Of a stretch of 64,000 nt of DNA, positions 1 through 9,530 are shown piece by piece; positions within the stretch are counted from its first letter, which is position 1; each line of letters opens with the position of its first letter. This stretch comes from an uncultured Fibrobacterota bacterium (lineage in GTDB: Bacteria > Fibrobacterota > Chitinivibrionia > Chitinivibrionales > CAYFVL01). Location: NCBI GenBank assembly GCA_964586285.1, contig CAZPHU010000005.1, forward strand, positions 3,813 through 67,812, given 5' to 3'. The notes below the pieces were generated by a model that saw only the letters and a program-made list of their open reading frames with translations, did no database searches and was not told the origin of the DNA. The position numbers and the translations under genes are program-made.

Positions 1-1492
1 CTGCTTTTAACACCTGTTTGAGATTTCTCTCAAGGCGACTGTCTTGAGAAGCATCATCAAGAGACAAATCGGCATAACCAATGATAGCCCCCAGGATATT
101 ATTAAAATCATGCGCAATACCGCCCGCCAGCTTTCCGATCGCTTCCATTTTCTCCGATTGCTGAAGTCTGTTTTCAAGTTCCTGACGCTCGGTAACATCA
201 TAGATAAAGGAGTATAACAAATCTTTGCGCATCAGTCGGATAGCGCCGGAGTAAACCTCCACATCCCTTATACTTCCGTCCTTTCTTTTATGCCGAAACT
301 GGAAATAGTTGCGGCTGCCCCGACGAGCCCTCTCCATTTCGTTTTCGAGTTCTTGCGGTGTAAGAATATTGATTTCGGAGATTTTCTTACCCTGCATCTC
401 CTCACGGGTCCAGCCGTAAAACCGAACCGCGGCCGGATTAACATCGATTATGCATGATGTATCCGGGTCGATGAGAAACATAATGGTGTGATCATTTTCG
501 AAAAGAGATCTGTATCGAAGCTCACTTTCACGCAGATCCTCCAGAGCATGTTTCTGCTTCGTTTGATCTGAAAGAATGCAATGAGTCTGTTTGAATGTGC
601 CGTCATCATCCCTCCCGACCCGCCCCTCAAAGGAAATAAACCTCAATGTACCGTTTTTGTGCCTCATCCAGAATTCGCTGTGATCTTTGCCCTCGGCAAG
701 AAACCGAGGGAAACGCTCTCTAAACACCTGGACATACTCGGGTGCAAGAAAATCACCAAACCAACGGCCTACTACTTCATGGCGCTCATAACCCAGAGTA
801 TCCAGCCATGCCTGATTGATTTCAAGGAACCGGCCGTCGGAATCAAGCGACTGATAGCCCAAGGGGGCACGTTCAAAAAGTGCATGAAAACGCTCTTCGC
901 TCTCTCGGAGAGATAATTCAGCCGATTTACGCCTTGCTTCGGCTTCGTTTGACCAGAGTGCATAGCTAATATCACCCGCCAGTTCGCGAAAAAGTTCCTT
1001 CTCCTCCGGACTTCTCGCATAAAGTTTGGGGACCGATACTCCCAGACAACCGTAAGTCCGTCCGTTATGTACCAATCTGATTACAAACCCGGTGTGCTCT
1101 TCGTGCAGCTGTACAAAAGGACAAGCGATGCATTCTCGAGAGTTTTCTATTACATGAATACTGTCCTTTTCTAAACAGTGTCGCGCGCATAATGGAATGA
1201 AATGAGAGGGTATCTTCCCAGGATAAACTTGAGTAAAATTCTGATCTCCCATACTATAGAGAAGCGATTGCAGAATATCGTTCTCAGCTACCGCGATCCA
1301 GGCACTATTGTAACCACAGCTTTTCACCAGAAGTGGACACAACTCATTTAGAAGGGCTTTATTTTCTTTCTCTTTAGTGATAAGTCGGTTTATGTCACGA
1401 ATAGTACGCAACACCCGATTCACATGCTCGAGGCTTTTGACAGCTGTCTCATCTGTTAGTTTCAAAAGATTTGTCCCTTCCCGCCGATGCAT
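1..1492 (-). CDS. Sensor histidine kinase, C-terminus cut by window edge (Cys-rich GAF-like N-terminus, two PAS-like segments, HisKA H-box)
   Basis: Absent from the ORF track because no stop lies in the window. My minus-strand translation from ATG at 1492 gives MHRREGTNLLKL... PAS-like stretches are 'ERFHALFERAPLGYQSLDSDGRFLEINQAWLDTLGY' and 'LRYRSLFENDHTIMFLIDPDTSCIIDVNPAAVRFYGW'. The H-box 'KMEAIGKLAGGIAHDFNNIL' lies near 90-150. Confidence 0.85.
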   Translation of the reverse strand, partial: MHRREGTNLLKLTDETAVKSLEHVNRVLRTIRDINRLITKEKENKALLNELCPLLVKSCGYNSAWIAVAENDILQSLLYSMGDQNFTQVYPGKIPSHFIPLCARHCLEKDSIHVIENSRECIACPFVQLHEEHTGFVIRLVHNGRTYGCLGVSVPKLYARSPEEKELFRELAGDISYALWSNEAEARRKSAELSLRESEERFHALFERAPLGYQSLDSDGRFLEINQAWLDTLGYERHEVVGRWFGDFLAPEYVQVFRERFPRFLAEGKDHSEFWMRHKNGTLRFISFEGRVGRDDDGTFKQTHCILSDQTKQKHALEDLRESELRYRSLFENDHTIMFLIDPDTSCIIDVNPAAVRFYGWTREEMQGKKISEINILTPQELENEMERARRGSRNYFQFRHKRKDGSIRDVEVYSGAIRLMRKDLLYSFIYDVTERQELENRLQQSEKMEAIGKLAGGIAHDFNNILGAIIGYADLSLDDASQDSRLERNLKQVLKA

Positions 1493-1623
1493 TTGAGATA
1501 GCAAAGCTTAATTTCGGTCAGAAAAATGAAGACTCATATGCTCATAATGATAGAATAACCGCTGAAAAGATACCTCATACTAAATACAATCCTGCATATT
1601 GTTCAGTCAAATATATTACTTTC

Positions 1624-2676
1624 TCAAGCCGCGCCTTCAAATGCAAATGGGTAGACCACTTCAACTAATCCGGAACCTGGTGCATCAGCAAACGTCCATC
1701 TTTTCACATAACGCAAAATTGTCTGGTCGAATTCACTGTTTTGAGTCGTAGATTTAACGATAGATAAATTAGCCACCGAACCGTCAGGCATTATCGTGAA
1801 CTTGATCTTCAAATGCCCGCTTAAGTTCGGGTCTCTTTTAAGCCAGTTTTCATAAACTCGCTTCAGCCGTCGCGTTTCACGTTGAACCACCCTGTTTATG
1901 GATACTTGGCTGCGTTTCGTATCATTGGGTTTATCGCCTGTAAGCTGGGGCGGTTCCGAACGAACGGCGACTTCACCCGCCGAAGCTATTTGTTTGCTCT
2001 CTACCTTCCCGATTTCCTTCTTCTTGATGCTCACCCCCGCAGTTCTGGTGCCTCTCGGCCCACTCACCTGAGCCGCGGCCTCCTTTTTGGCGGCGAAAGC
2101 CCCGCCGCCGTTATCGGCAACCTTTAAATTCCCGATCTCTCCTATCTCATCTATCGCACCCAAAAGATCACTTGCTTCTTCTCCCCCAACGGACGGTCCG
2201 TCGGCGCTTGAAGTAATCGCTGCGAAGATGCCGCTTGACTGCACCTGCTTTGCTATCATATCCCGCCTTTGTGCCCGCTGCTCACTTGTTTGGGCCTTTC
2301 TTGTGCGCCGCTGAGCTACACTCTCCTTTTCCCTATCCACTTCCCTGCTCTCGCGGTTTTCCTCTTCCATCTTCTTTTCAACCGGCTTTGGTGCGAATGT
2401 TCGTGCCGTGCTTTCATTTATTTTGACTTCGGGCTTGGGCAACTGCTGATCCAATACCAACTTTGCATAACGCTCCTGAATTTTGAGTATCTCCTCCTGT
2501 GTAGCCTCTTGCCTTACCGGAAGCATAGACATAACCAGTGTGAAAATTCCCAGGACCGTACCGACAATAGCCACAATAGTGGTAAATCGCCGATCAAATC
2601 GTCTTAAAAAGGATCTACGCAGCTCTTTGGGGAACTCATACGATGTGCCGTAAGTCTCCGAAACTTCGGGAGTCAT
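1624..2676 (-). CDS. TonB-family energy transducer-like protein (N-terminal TM anchor, charged linker, TonB_C-like domain)
   Basis: 350 aa. TM segment 'FTTIVAIVGTVLGIFTLVMSML', a Lys/Glu/Arg-rich middle, and a C-terminal 'LKIKFTIMPDGSVANLSIVKSTTQNSEFDQTILRYVKRWTF' typical of TonB C-terminal domains. The start shares 1 nt with the exbD stop (TAATG). Confidence 0.75.
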   Translation of the reverse strand: MTPEVSETYGTSYEFPKELRRSFLRRFDRRFTTIVAIVGTVLGIFTLVMSMLPVRQEATQEEILKIQERYAKLVLDQQLPKPEVKINESTARTFAPKPVEKKMEEENRESREVDREKESVAQRRTRKAQTSEQRAQRRDMIAKQVQSSGIFAAITSSADGPSVGGEEASDLLGAIDEIGEIGNLKVADNGGGAFAAKKEAAAQVSGPRGTRTAGVSIKKKEIGKVESKQIASAGEVAVRSEPPQLTGDKPNDTKRSQVSINRVVQRETRRLKRVYENWLKRDPNLSGHLKIKFTIMPDGSVANLSIVKSTTQNSEFDQTILRYVKRWTFADAPGSGLVEVVYPFAFEGAA

Positions 2677-3182
2677 TATTCTTTCCTGTAAACTATCAGA
2701 TTCATATTCGGAAACCCTGCCTGTCCACAGGTATACATTATACGTGTTAAGACGCTATAAGGGACTTCCACATCTCCCTGTATTGTTATATCGCCGGGAA
2801 ATTCCTTCCCGAATCTCTTGGCGGCGTTTTTCCCCTGTTCGGCAAATTCAGTAAGTACCCGATACAGAGAATCTATTTTGAATGCATCCTGTTTCAGCAG
2901 ATCGTTGTATGTGCGGGAATCAATGACCACACGATCTTCAACAGATATGGCGTCCCGGGAAATCTTAATACTCAGAGCCTCCTGAGCCCCTCGCTGTACG
3001 GTAGATGCCGGCAAAATCAGGCCTGTCGCCGGTGTAACCAACTGTCCCTGTGCAGAAAAACTTTTAAGAAGAAATACCAGAATGATAGTAAACATATCCA
3101 TCATCGATGTAATATTCAGTTTCGCATCAGTAGAGCTGCGCGCCTTACGAGCCTGTCTTTTCAATCGCGGATTTGTATTCAC
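2676..3182 (-). CDS. exbD: ExbD/TolR biopolymer transport protein
   Basis: 168 aa. The N-terminal 'KLNITSMMDMFTIILVFLL' TM retains the conserved Asp (D29, codon 3096-3098). The GTG start overlaps the TGA stop of the upstream gene (GTGA). Confidence 0.85.
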   Translation of the reverse strand: MNTNPRLKRQARKARSSTDAKLNITSMMDMFTIILVFLLKSFSAQGQLVTPATGLILPASTVQRGAQEALSIKISRDAISVEDRVVIDSRTYNDLLKQDAFKIDSLYRVLTEFAEQGKNAAKRFGKEFPGDITIQGDVEVPYSVLTRIMYTCGQAGFPNMNLIVYRKE

Positions 3183-4474
3183 CTGACTATACCGCCTGCA
3201 AGAGAAACGTTGGGGAACATGGTAACCGTTCCATACGGAGTGCTCACTCCCCTGGCAGCATCCATGACCGAAACAACAACCTGATACTTTATTTTTTCCT
3301 GTGCGACAATCTTTACCTCTTCATGATCTTCAAAAGCCTTAATCGAGCTGTAGTCATTTTTCGACCAGGTATTAAAAAGTTTGAGAAGTGTCGCGTTTTT
3401 ATCCAGACCGGGATGGGCAATCGATAAAACACGGTGGAGCGCCCTGCGCTTAACATCCGCGAGCTTTCGGTTCAGAGTCTCATAGTCGTACTTTCCATTT
3501 TCAAGCATGGGTATTTGCGCAATACCATCGCTGCCCTGAGCTGAATCATTATGGAAATAATGAACAAGATCGAAGCCTTTTTCGGTGATAATCACCCCCA
3601 AATTCAGTTTTGCGTTTTGTTTGGATTCGGGTGATGGGTTACCGGTTATGCTCGATTCAGCTGATTGAGGCAGTTTGAGTTCGATTGCGCCGATTTTTAC
3701 GAATTCCGCAGAGCTTAACAGAAGAGGAATAAGAATAACCATCAGGTTCATCATGGGAGCGATATTCGGCTCTGTGTCTACTTCTTCCCTGATCCTTCGG
3801 TTACTTACTTTATAACCGGTGCGCCGGTTTTCTCCGGGATTAAGCAGCTGCAAAACCGCAACGGCGTATCTGTCGATAACGCTTATCGCACAGTCGACTT
3901 TATTTCGCAAAACCGAATACATGAAGACGCAAGGAACGCTAATAATCAATCCCAGAAGGGTAGTGTTCATTGCGGTTGAAATTCCCTGAGCCAGCAAGGA
4001 TGATTTCAATATCGGATCGATATCCGGCCGGGCTACCGCGGCAAATGACAGTATCAATCCGTAAATAGTTCCCATCAGACCCAGCAGAGTTGATACATTA
4101 CCAAACATTAGAACCAGGCCGATACCCTTTTCAAGTCTAGGGATCACATCCAGAGACTCTTCTTCCATCGCGTTTCTGATCATCTGTGGAGTCTGTAAAT
4201 ACTTTTCGATACCTGCGCCCAGTACCCGGGCAAGCATGAGCGATCTGTCGCCGTCGCACAATTGTCGGGCCTGTTTGTATTTACCGTCCTTTATCAGGAT
4301 TTTGAGTTTTTGAATGAAAAGCTCCGCATCGACATTTGTATACCGGCTCAGGGCAACCACGCGCTCAACTACTATACCCAAAGCCGTAACGCCCAATGTG
4401 GTCAGGATCCACATAAAAACAAATCCGTCGCGCTCCGGACTAAATGCCATTAACAATTCTGAAAGGATATTCAT
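3179..4474 (-). CDS. ExbB (MotA/TolQ/ExbB) - ExbD-like fusion protein
   Basis: 431 aa single ORF. Residues 1-215 are ExbB-like ('GNVSTLLGLMGTIYGLILSF', 'AQGISTAMNTTLLGLIISVP'). Residues ~225-431 are ExbD-like ('EPNIAPMMNLMVILIPLLL...IELKLPQS'). Confidence 0.8.
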   Translation of the reverse strand: MNILSELLMAFSPERDGFVFMWILTTLGVTALGIVVERVVALSRYTNVDAELFIQKLKILIKDGKYKQARQLCDGDRSLMLARVLGAGIEKYLQTPQMIRNAMEEESLDVIPRLEKGIGLVLMFGNVSTLLGLMGTIYGLILSFAAVARPDIDPILKSSLLAQGISTAMNTTLLGLIISVPCVFMYSVLRNKVDCAISVIDRYAVAVLQLLNPGENRRTGYKVSNRRIREEVDTEPNIAPMMNLMVILIPLLLSSAEFVKIGAIELKLPQSAESSITGNPSPESKQNAKLNLGVIITEKGFDLVHYFHNDSAQGSDGIAQIPMLENGKYDYETLNRKLADVKRRALHRVLSIAHPGLDKNATLLKLFNTWSKNDYSSIKAFEDHEEVKIVAQEKIKYQVVVSVMDAARGVSTPYGTVTMFPNVSLAGGIVR

Positions 4475-4487
4475 TTAAGAACCGATA

Positions 4488-5255
4488 TTATAAATTAATC
4501 TCTTTAATTAGCTGATTATCGGAGAACACCTTGATATTATCATGCGTAACATGTACGCCGATACCCTCCTTGATCTTATCGGGAGCAATATGGAATTTCC
4601 TTGTTTTATAGGATCTTTCCACAAGCATGTTTACGAGTCTGACCGAGTGTCTGTCAATCTGATCTATAATTTTCTGCGTTTTTGCTTTGAACAGCGCAAA
4701 CATAACTATTGCTGGAATGGCAACCATCAACCCGGAAAAAGTCGTATTCATCGCGGCGGCGATACCGGATGCCAAGAGGGTAGATTTCTCTGCCGCATCT
4801 ATTCCCGGCTTTCCCACGGCGGCAAAGGAGATGATCAGACCGTAAATCGTACCCATAAGGCCCAGAAGTGTCGCGATATTGCCGATTGTCGCAAGGTAGT
4901 TTGTACGACTTTCCAATTCTGGAATGACTTTGAGTGTAGCCTCATCCACCGAGTTGCGTATCGCGTCGCTTCCTCTGTTAGCATCGTCAAGACCGGCTTT
5001 GACAACCTGCGCCAGTGACATCCTTCCGACCTTCTCACATTCCTTTTTCGCCGCCTCCATTTCGTCCTGTTTTACATGATTGATCACCCTTTCCATGAAT
5101 CGATCGACTCGGGTACCGCAGCGACTTGTCAGGAACAACAGCCGCTCGATTACAATAGCAACACCAAACACTCCCACTCCCAACAAAATCCACATGAATA
5201 AAAAACCGGGTTCTCCGGAGTTAAACGAGTGAAAAAACTTTGAAATAAAATCCAT
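4488..5255 (-). CDS. exbB: MotA/TolQ/ExbB proton-channel protein
   Basis: 255 aa with three TM segments. Motifs 'GNIATLLGLMGTIYGLIISF' and 'ASGIAAAMNTTFSGLMVAIP'. Confidence 0.85.
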   Translation of the reverse strand: MDFISKFFHSFNSGEPGFLFMWILLGVGVFGVAIVIERLLFLTSRCGTRVDRFMERVINHVKQDEMEAAKKECEKVGRMSLAQVVKAGLDDANRGSDAIRNSVDEATLKVIPELESRTNYLATIGNIATLLGLMGTIYGLIISFAAVGKPGIDAAEKSTLLASGIAAAMNTTFSGLMVAIPAIVMFALFKAKTQKIIDQIDRHSVRLVNMLVERSYKTRKFHIAPDKIKEGIGVHVTHDNIKVFSDNQLIKEINL

Positions 5256-5417
5256 TGCAGATTTTCCTCCTAAACGACATCACCGACTTTTAAGCGACAC
5301 AACAGCAAGAAATTGGGTATCCCAAAAGAAATTACGGACATTTCAAACAGGTTGTAGCCACGTTTTCTTAACCCATTCGCAACAGTCACAAAGGCTCAAG
5401 CCTTCGTATTTTGTTGG

Positions 5418-5753
5418 TCATGGTTTATAATTTATGATTCTACGTCCCGAAAATTTAAAAGCACCCTCGTAGGGTGAATTTTCAAGCACCGATTCATCCG
5501 CGAAATTGACTACCGCATCCATGTTTCCGGGCTTTTGCATCATTATGGGCTCTATTCGCGGACGCTGCTCTGCTCTAATCAATACAAGCTGAGGGCGTCT
5601 GATTTTTCCCTCGATCCGCTGAGTTTCGAAAATGATGGTTTGAACATTTTTCTGATCGCTCACCTCCCCGGGATTCTCCTGAGCACCGGCCGATATCGAG
5701 AGAAAAAGCATCCCTGCCATACAGGCGATAAGTGGAATAACGGTGTTTTTCAT
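5418..5753 (-). CDS. Small secreted protein leading the Ton-like cluster (hypothetical)
   Basis: 111 aa. Signal peptide 'MKNTVIPLIACMAGMLFLSISAGAQE'. No motif I recognise. Confidence 0.5.
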   Translation of the reverse strand: MKNTVIPLIACMAGMLFLSISAGAQENPGEVSDQKNVQTIIFETQRIEGKIRRPQLVLIRAEQRPRIEPIMMQKPGNMDAVVNFADESVLENSPYEGAFKFSGRRIINYKP

Positions 5754-5978
5754 CGGTTCTTCCCTAGCCTTTGCACGAACTCTTATTCGTCGGGTTCAGT
5801 GTAAATCGATGCAATATAGCGACTTCAAAAAGATTATACCACCATGAAATCAGGATGGTCAACATCAATAGTAAATATTAAGCCGAAGCAAAGCAAAGGC
5901 GATTTTCGCGGATAAAATGTATATTCTAAGAGCATTTTGAAAGCTTTTTTCGAGCAGGATGGATAAAAACAACTCATA

Positions 5979-7595
5979 ATGGTAAAAGAAACAGATTTTC
6001 TGGTAGTTGGAAGCGGCATCGCAGGGCTCAGCTTTGCTCTTCATGCGGCCGAATACGGCCGGGTTTTGATGGTGACTAAAAAGCAGGATACCGACTCCAA
6101 TACCAACTACGCACAGGGCGGTATAGCCTGCGTGCTCGATCCTAAAGACAGTTTCGAGAGTCATATACGGGATACTCTTAACACGGGTAAGGGTTTAAGC
6201 GACAGTGAAGCCGTTCGGATTCTTGTGGAAGAGGGCCCCGAGCGAGTAAAGGAGTTGCTTGACTGGGGAGTAAACTTTACCACTTCCGACAAATCAAAGG
6301 CATTTGGTAGTCTGGACCTTGGTCGGGAAGGGGGGCACTCGTCGAGTCGTATCGTTCATTCTCGGGATCTTACGGGTAAGGAGCTTGAAGAGTCGCTGTT
6401 GGCAAAGGTAAGAGGTAACCGAGCCATAACCTTGTACGAAAATCATTGTCTGGTAGATTTGATTACCACCCATCATGTATCATCAATTAGTCTGGGCAAC
6501 GCCTGTTTCGGTGCATATGTGTTGGACACCAAAACAGAGCGGATTCATACTTTTAAATCGAAAATCACCTATCTATCCACCGGTGGAGCGGGACAAGTTT
6601 ACCTTCATACAACAAACCCCTCAATTGCCACCGGTGACGGTTTAGCCTGTGCGTACAGATCAGGTGCAAGTCTGGCTAATCTGGAGTTCATTCAGTTTCA
6701 TCCGACCACCTTATACCATCTCGAAAGTAACTCATTTCTTATCTCCGAGGCTCTTCGTGGATACGGTGCGGTTTTAAAAGATCGTGAAGGCAACGAATTC
6801 ATGGATAAATACCATCCCATGAAATCGCTGGCGCCAAGGGATATTGTGGCTCGCGCAATCGATAAGGAAATGAAACAAACGGGTGAATCATGCGTCTATC
6901 TTGATATAAGACATGCCGCGGCGGAAAAAACAAAAAAGCACTTTCCCAATATTTACGGCCGTTGCCGCGAACTCGGTATCGATATCACAAAAGATCTCAT
7001 ACCGGTTGTACCCGCCGCGCATTATATCTGCGGTGGAATAAGAGTAGACCATAACGGCAACACCGACATACCGTTTTTGTATGCATGCGGCGAGGTTGCG
7101 CATACGGGTGTGCATGGGGCAAATCGGCTTGCCTCCAATTCCTTGCTGGAAGCAGTCGTCTTTTCCCGTCGTGCAGCTGATGATGCGGTTAAGAAGTTAA
7201 ATTCGACTCCTCATGTCAAAAACGAGGATATTCCACAGTGGGACGAAAGTGGAACAGTCGCCGCGGAAGAATGGGTACTTCTAAGTCATAATGTACACGA
7301 GATTCGTACTATTATGTGGGATTATGTAGGAATCGTACGTTCAACACTCAGACTTCAACGTGCAAAAAGAAGGTTGGCGCTGCTTGAGAGAGAGACCGAA
7401 AACTTCTACAGAAGAACAAAGATAACCAGAAAGCTTCTTGAATTGCGCAACCTTGTAATAGTTGCCAAATTAATTGTAATAAGCGCTTTAAGAAGAAAAG
7501 AAAGCAGAGGTCTTCATTTCACGACCGACTATCCCAATCAAAATGATAGATTCTGGAAACGAAATACTCTTATGACAAAATCACTGAAAGCATGA
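5979..7595 (+). CDS. nadB: L-aspartate oxidase
   Basis: 538 aa. FAD fold 'DFLVVGSGIAGLSFAL', 'YAQGGIA', 'HPTTL', 'GLYACGEVA'-like 'FLYACGEVAHTGVHGANRLASNSLLE'. Confidence 0.95.
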   Translation: MVKETDFLVVGSGIAGLSFALHAAEYGRVLMVTKKQDTDSNTNYAQGGIACVLDPKDSFESHIRDTLNTGKGLSDSEAVRILVEEGPERVKELLDWGVNFTTSDKSKAFGSLDLGREGGHSSSRIVHSRDLTGKELEESLLAKVRGNRAITLYENHCLVDLITTHHVSSISLGNACFGAYVLDTKTERIHTFKSKITYLSTGGAGQVYLHTTNPSIATGDGLACAYRSGASLANLEFIQFHPTTLYHLESNSFLISEALRGYGAVLKDREGNEFMDKYHPMKSLAPRDIVARAIDKEMKQTGESCVYLDIRHAAAEKTKKHFPNIYGRCRELGIDITKDLIPVVPAAHYICGGIRVDHNGNTDIPFLYACGEVAHTGVHGANRLASNSLLEAVVFSRRAADDAVKKLNSTPHVKNEDIPQWDESGTVAAEEWVLLSHNVHEIRTIMWDYVGIVRSTLRLQRAKRRLALLERETENFYRRTKITRKLLELRNLVIVAKLIVISALRRKESRGLHFTTDYPNQNDRFWKRNTLMTKSLKA

Positions 7596-9529
7596 ACTCT
7601 TACAACTTTATATTCATTCTTATCCTTGGTATAGCCGCCGGTTTTGCTGTACAGTACTATTTGAGACGGGAAAAGCGTTTTCGGTCTGTAATACTTCTTT
7701 CTTTGCGACTGGGAGCAGTTCTTCTGGCTGCGCTTCTGTTTTTTCAGCCCAGGTTAAAGTTTGCCCGACTTTTGCCCGAACATAAACGTACCGCGATTCT
7801 AATTGATGCCTCCGCCAGCATGAAGCTTTTCGACACCGACAGCGCCTTTAATCGCATTGAACATTTAATCGACTCGATAGAGGGTAGAAGCCTGTTCAAA
7901 ACCGGACAAATGCCTGTGTTTGCATTTGGAGACTCCCTACGGAGCCTAAAAGATCTTAAGTCGGTCATCCACGAAGATAAAAGCAGCAGATTTCCCTCAA
8001 GCTTTTCGGCACAATCGATTAGGAATGCGGCCAACGTTTTAATTATTTCCGACGGGAACTGGTCCAATTTCGATCAGTTTTCATCACTTCTTCAGAATAA
8101 AAACGTACGATATATACCATTAAGAATGAGGAGGTTTGAACCCTTTCTCTCCCAGAACGCTTCGATTCAACCTCAGCGTTCGACAATAGGGAGCAAAGCA
8201 AAGGCCGGCATAAGAATAAACGGATACCGCGCAAGTAAGGATACACTGAAGGTTTCGATTCTGTCAGATTCGTTTAAAACGGATACAACATTCGTGGTGG
8301 ACAGTGGTTTTTTCGATGATTCCCTTGAGCTTGCGGTCCCAACCAATCAGGTCGGCTTGCGGCTTTTTAAGATTTCATCCCGCTTTCGAAGAGATTCCTT
8401 ACCCCTAGTATCCTATGGTACCCACGAGGTGACAGCCAAAAAAACACGTGTGGCGTTTGTGGACAGCAAACACTCTCTTGACAAACGCTTTCTCGGTATG
8501 GCTCTGAGAGGCCACGAACAAATTGACATCGTTTCCGTTTCGGCACTTAGGGAAGGTGACGTTGCCCTGTTTTTGAATTGGAACTCAAAAAACAGTCGGC
8601 TGTTTGAATCTTTCCCGGCATCAATAAATGTTGTTTTTGTCGGAGAACCTCCATGTTCGAACGCTCGTGAAATAAACCCCAAAACAGTCTCAATTGTCTC
8701 CCACCCGGCCTATGAGACCGAATTCAATTCACTTTCCAAAAGACTACCACCGCCCAGTCATCTAAAGACCTGCTTTCCTAAGGCTGAAGATGATTTGATT
8801 CTTTCGGCCAGAACGAAAAATGGAAACAAAATACCTCTGTTCTACGAAACAATATTCTCCAACAGGCGGGTTTTGATACTATCGGTAAAGGGAATCTGGA
8901 AATGGGATTTCTGGCCGGCGGCAGATGCTCAAACAGATGCGGAGCGTTTTTCTTCCTTTTTTATCAAACGCATGATTTCTTTTGCCCAAAGAAATGTTAA
9001 TCGATCCTTTTTCGCATATCCCGAAAAGACTCCAGTAATCCAATCCGACAGCATATGGTGGAGTTTAAACATACCTGCTCCCCTACGGATGCAGTCGCGT
9101 AAAATAAATGTGGGGATACAAATAAAAGATGGAACTTCGACGGTCGCGGAAAGCACGTTTACGATCGCAACTTTCGGCGCAGCTTCGGCTCGCATCACTC
9201 AGCGCCCACTTGACTCAGGGGCTTATCCCTACGAGGTATCACTGGAAGCGGATACCGGAACCATGAAGTATAAGGATACTTTAGTCGTTGTTGCAAATAA
9301 CCGTGAGATGAAAATACACGGACTAAACAAGAGCGTACTGGAACAAACAGCATCCGAAATGGACGAATCGGATTATAAGGAACTCAGCTATTTTGTCGGG
9401 GGCCAAAACACAGGAGATATCACCGTGATCGAATCCGTAGCGATGCGCAGGAGTTGGATAACACTCCTGATACTGGCTGCGCTTCTTTGCGTTGAGTGGC
9501 TCTTTCGCCGACTCTGGAGATATGACTGA
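7592..9529 (+). CDS. Membrane protein with N-terminal double-TM, VWA-like MIDAS motif and C-terminal TM anchor (Bat-like, hypothetical)
   Basis: 645 aa. Two N-terminal TM helices, 'TAILIDASASM' (DxSxS), and a C-terminal 'WITLLILAALLCVEWLFRRLWRYD'. ATGA overlap with the nadB stop. Confidence 0.6.
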   Translation: MNSYNFIFILILGIAAGFAVQYYLRREKRFRSVILLSLRLGAVLLAALLFFQPRLKFARLLPEHKRTAILIDASASMKLFDTDSAFNRIEHLIDSIEGRSLFKTGQMPVFAFGDSLRSLKDLKSVIHEDKSSRFPSSFSAQSIRNAANVLIISDGNWSNFDQFSSLLQNKNVRYIPLRMRRFEPFLSQNASIQPQRSTIGSKAKAGIRINGYRASKDTLKVSILSDSFKTDTTFVVDSGFFDDSLELAVPTNQVGLRLFKISSRFRRDSLPLVSYGTHEVTAKKTRVAFVDSKHSLDKRFLGMALRGHEQIDIVSVSALREGDVALFLNWNSKNSRLFESFPASINVVFVGEPPCSNAREINPKTVSIVSHPAYETEFNSLSKRLPPPSHLKTCFPKAEDDLILSARTKNGNKIPLFYETIFSNRRVLILSVKGIWKWDFWPAADAQTDAERFSSFFIKRMISFAQRNVNRSFFAYPEKTPVIQSDSIWWSLNIPAPLRMQSRKINVGIQIKDGTSTVAESTFTIATFGAASARITQRPLDSGAYPYEVSLEADTGTMKYKDTLVVVANNREMKIHGLNKSVLEQTASEMDESDYKELSYFVGGQNTGDITVIESVAMRRSWITLLILAALLCVEWLFRRLWRYD

Positions 9530-9530
9530 G

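Noticed and set aside
581-1020. Small ORFs listed in the track (581-916 +, 772-1020 -, 448-630 -, 7-201 -).
   Set aside because: All lie inside, or out of frame with, the continuous minus-strand histidine-kinase frame (1-1492). The track missed that frame because it has no stop in the window.
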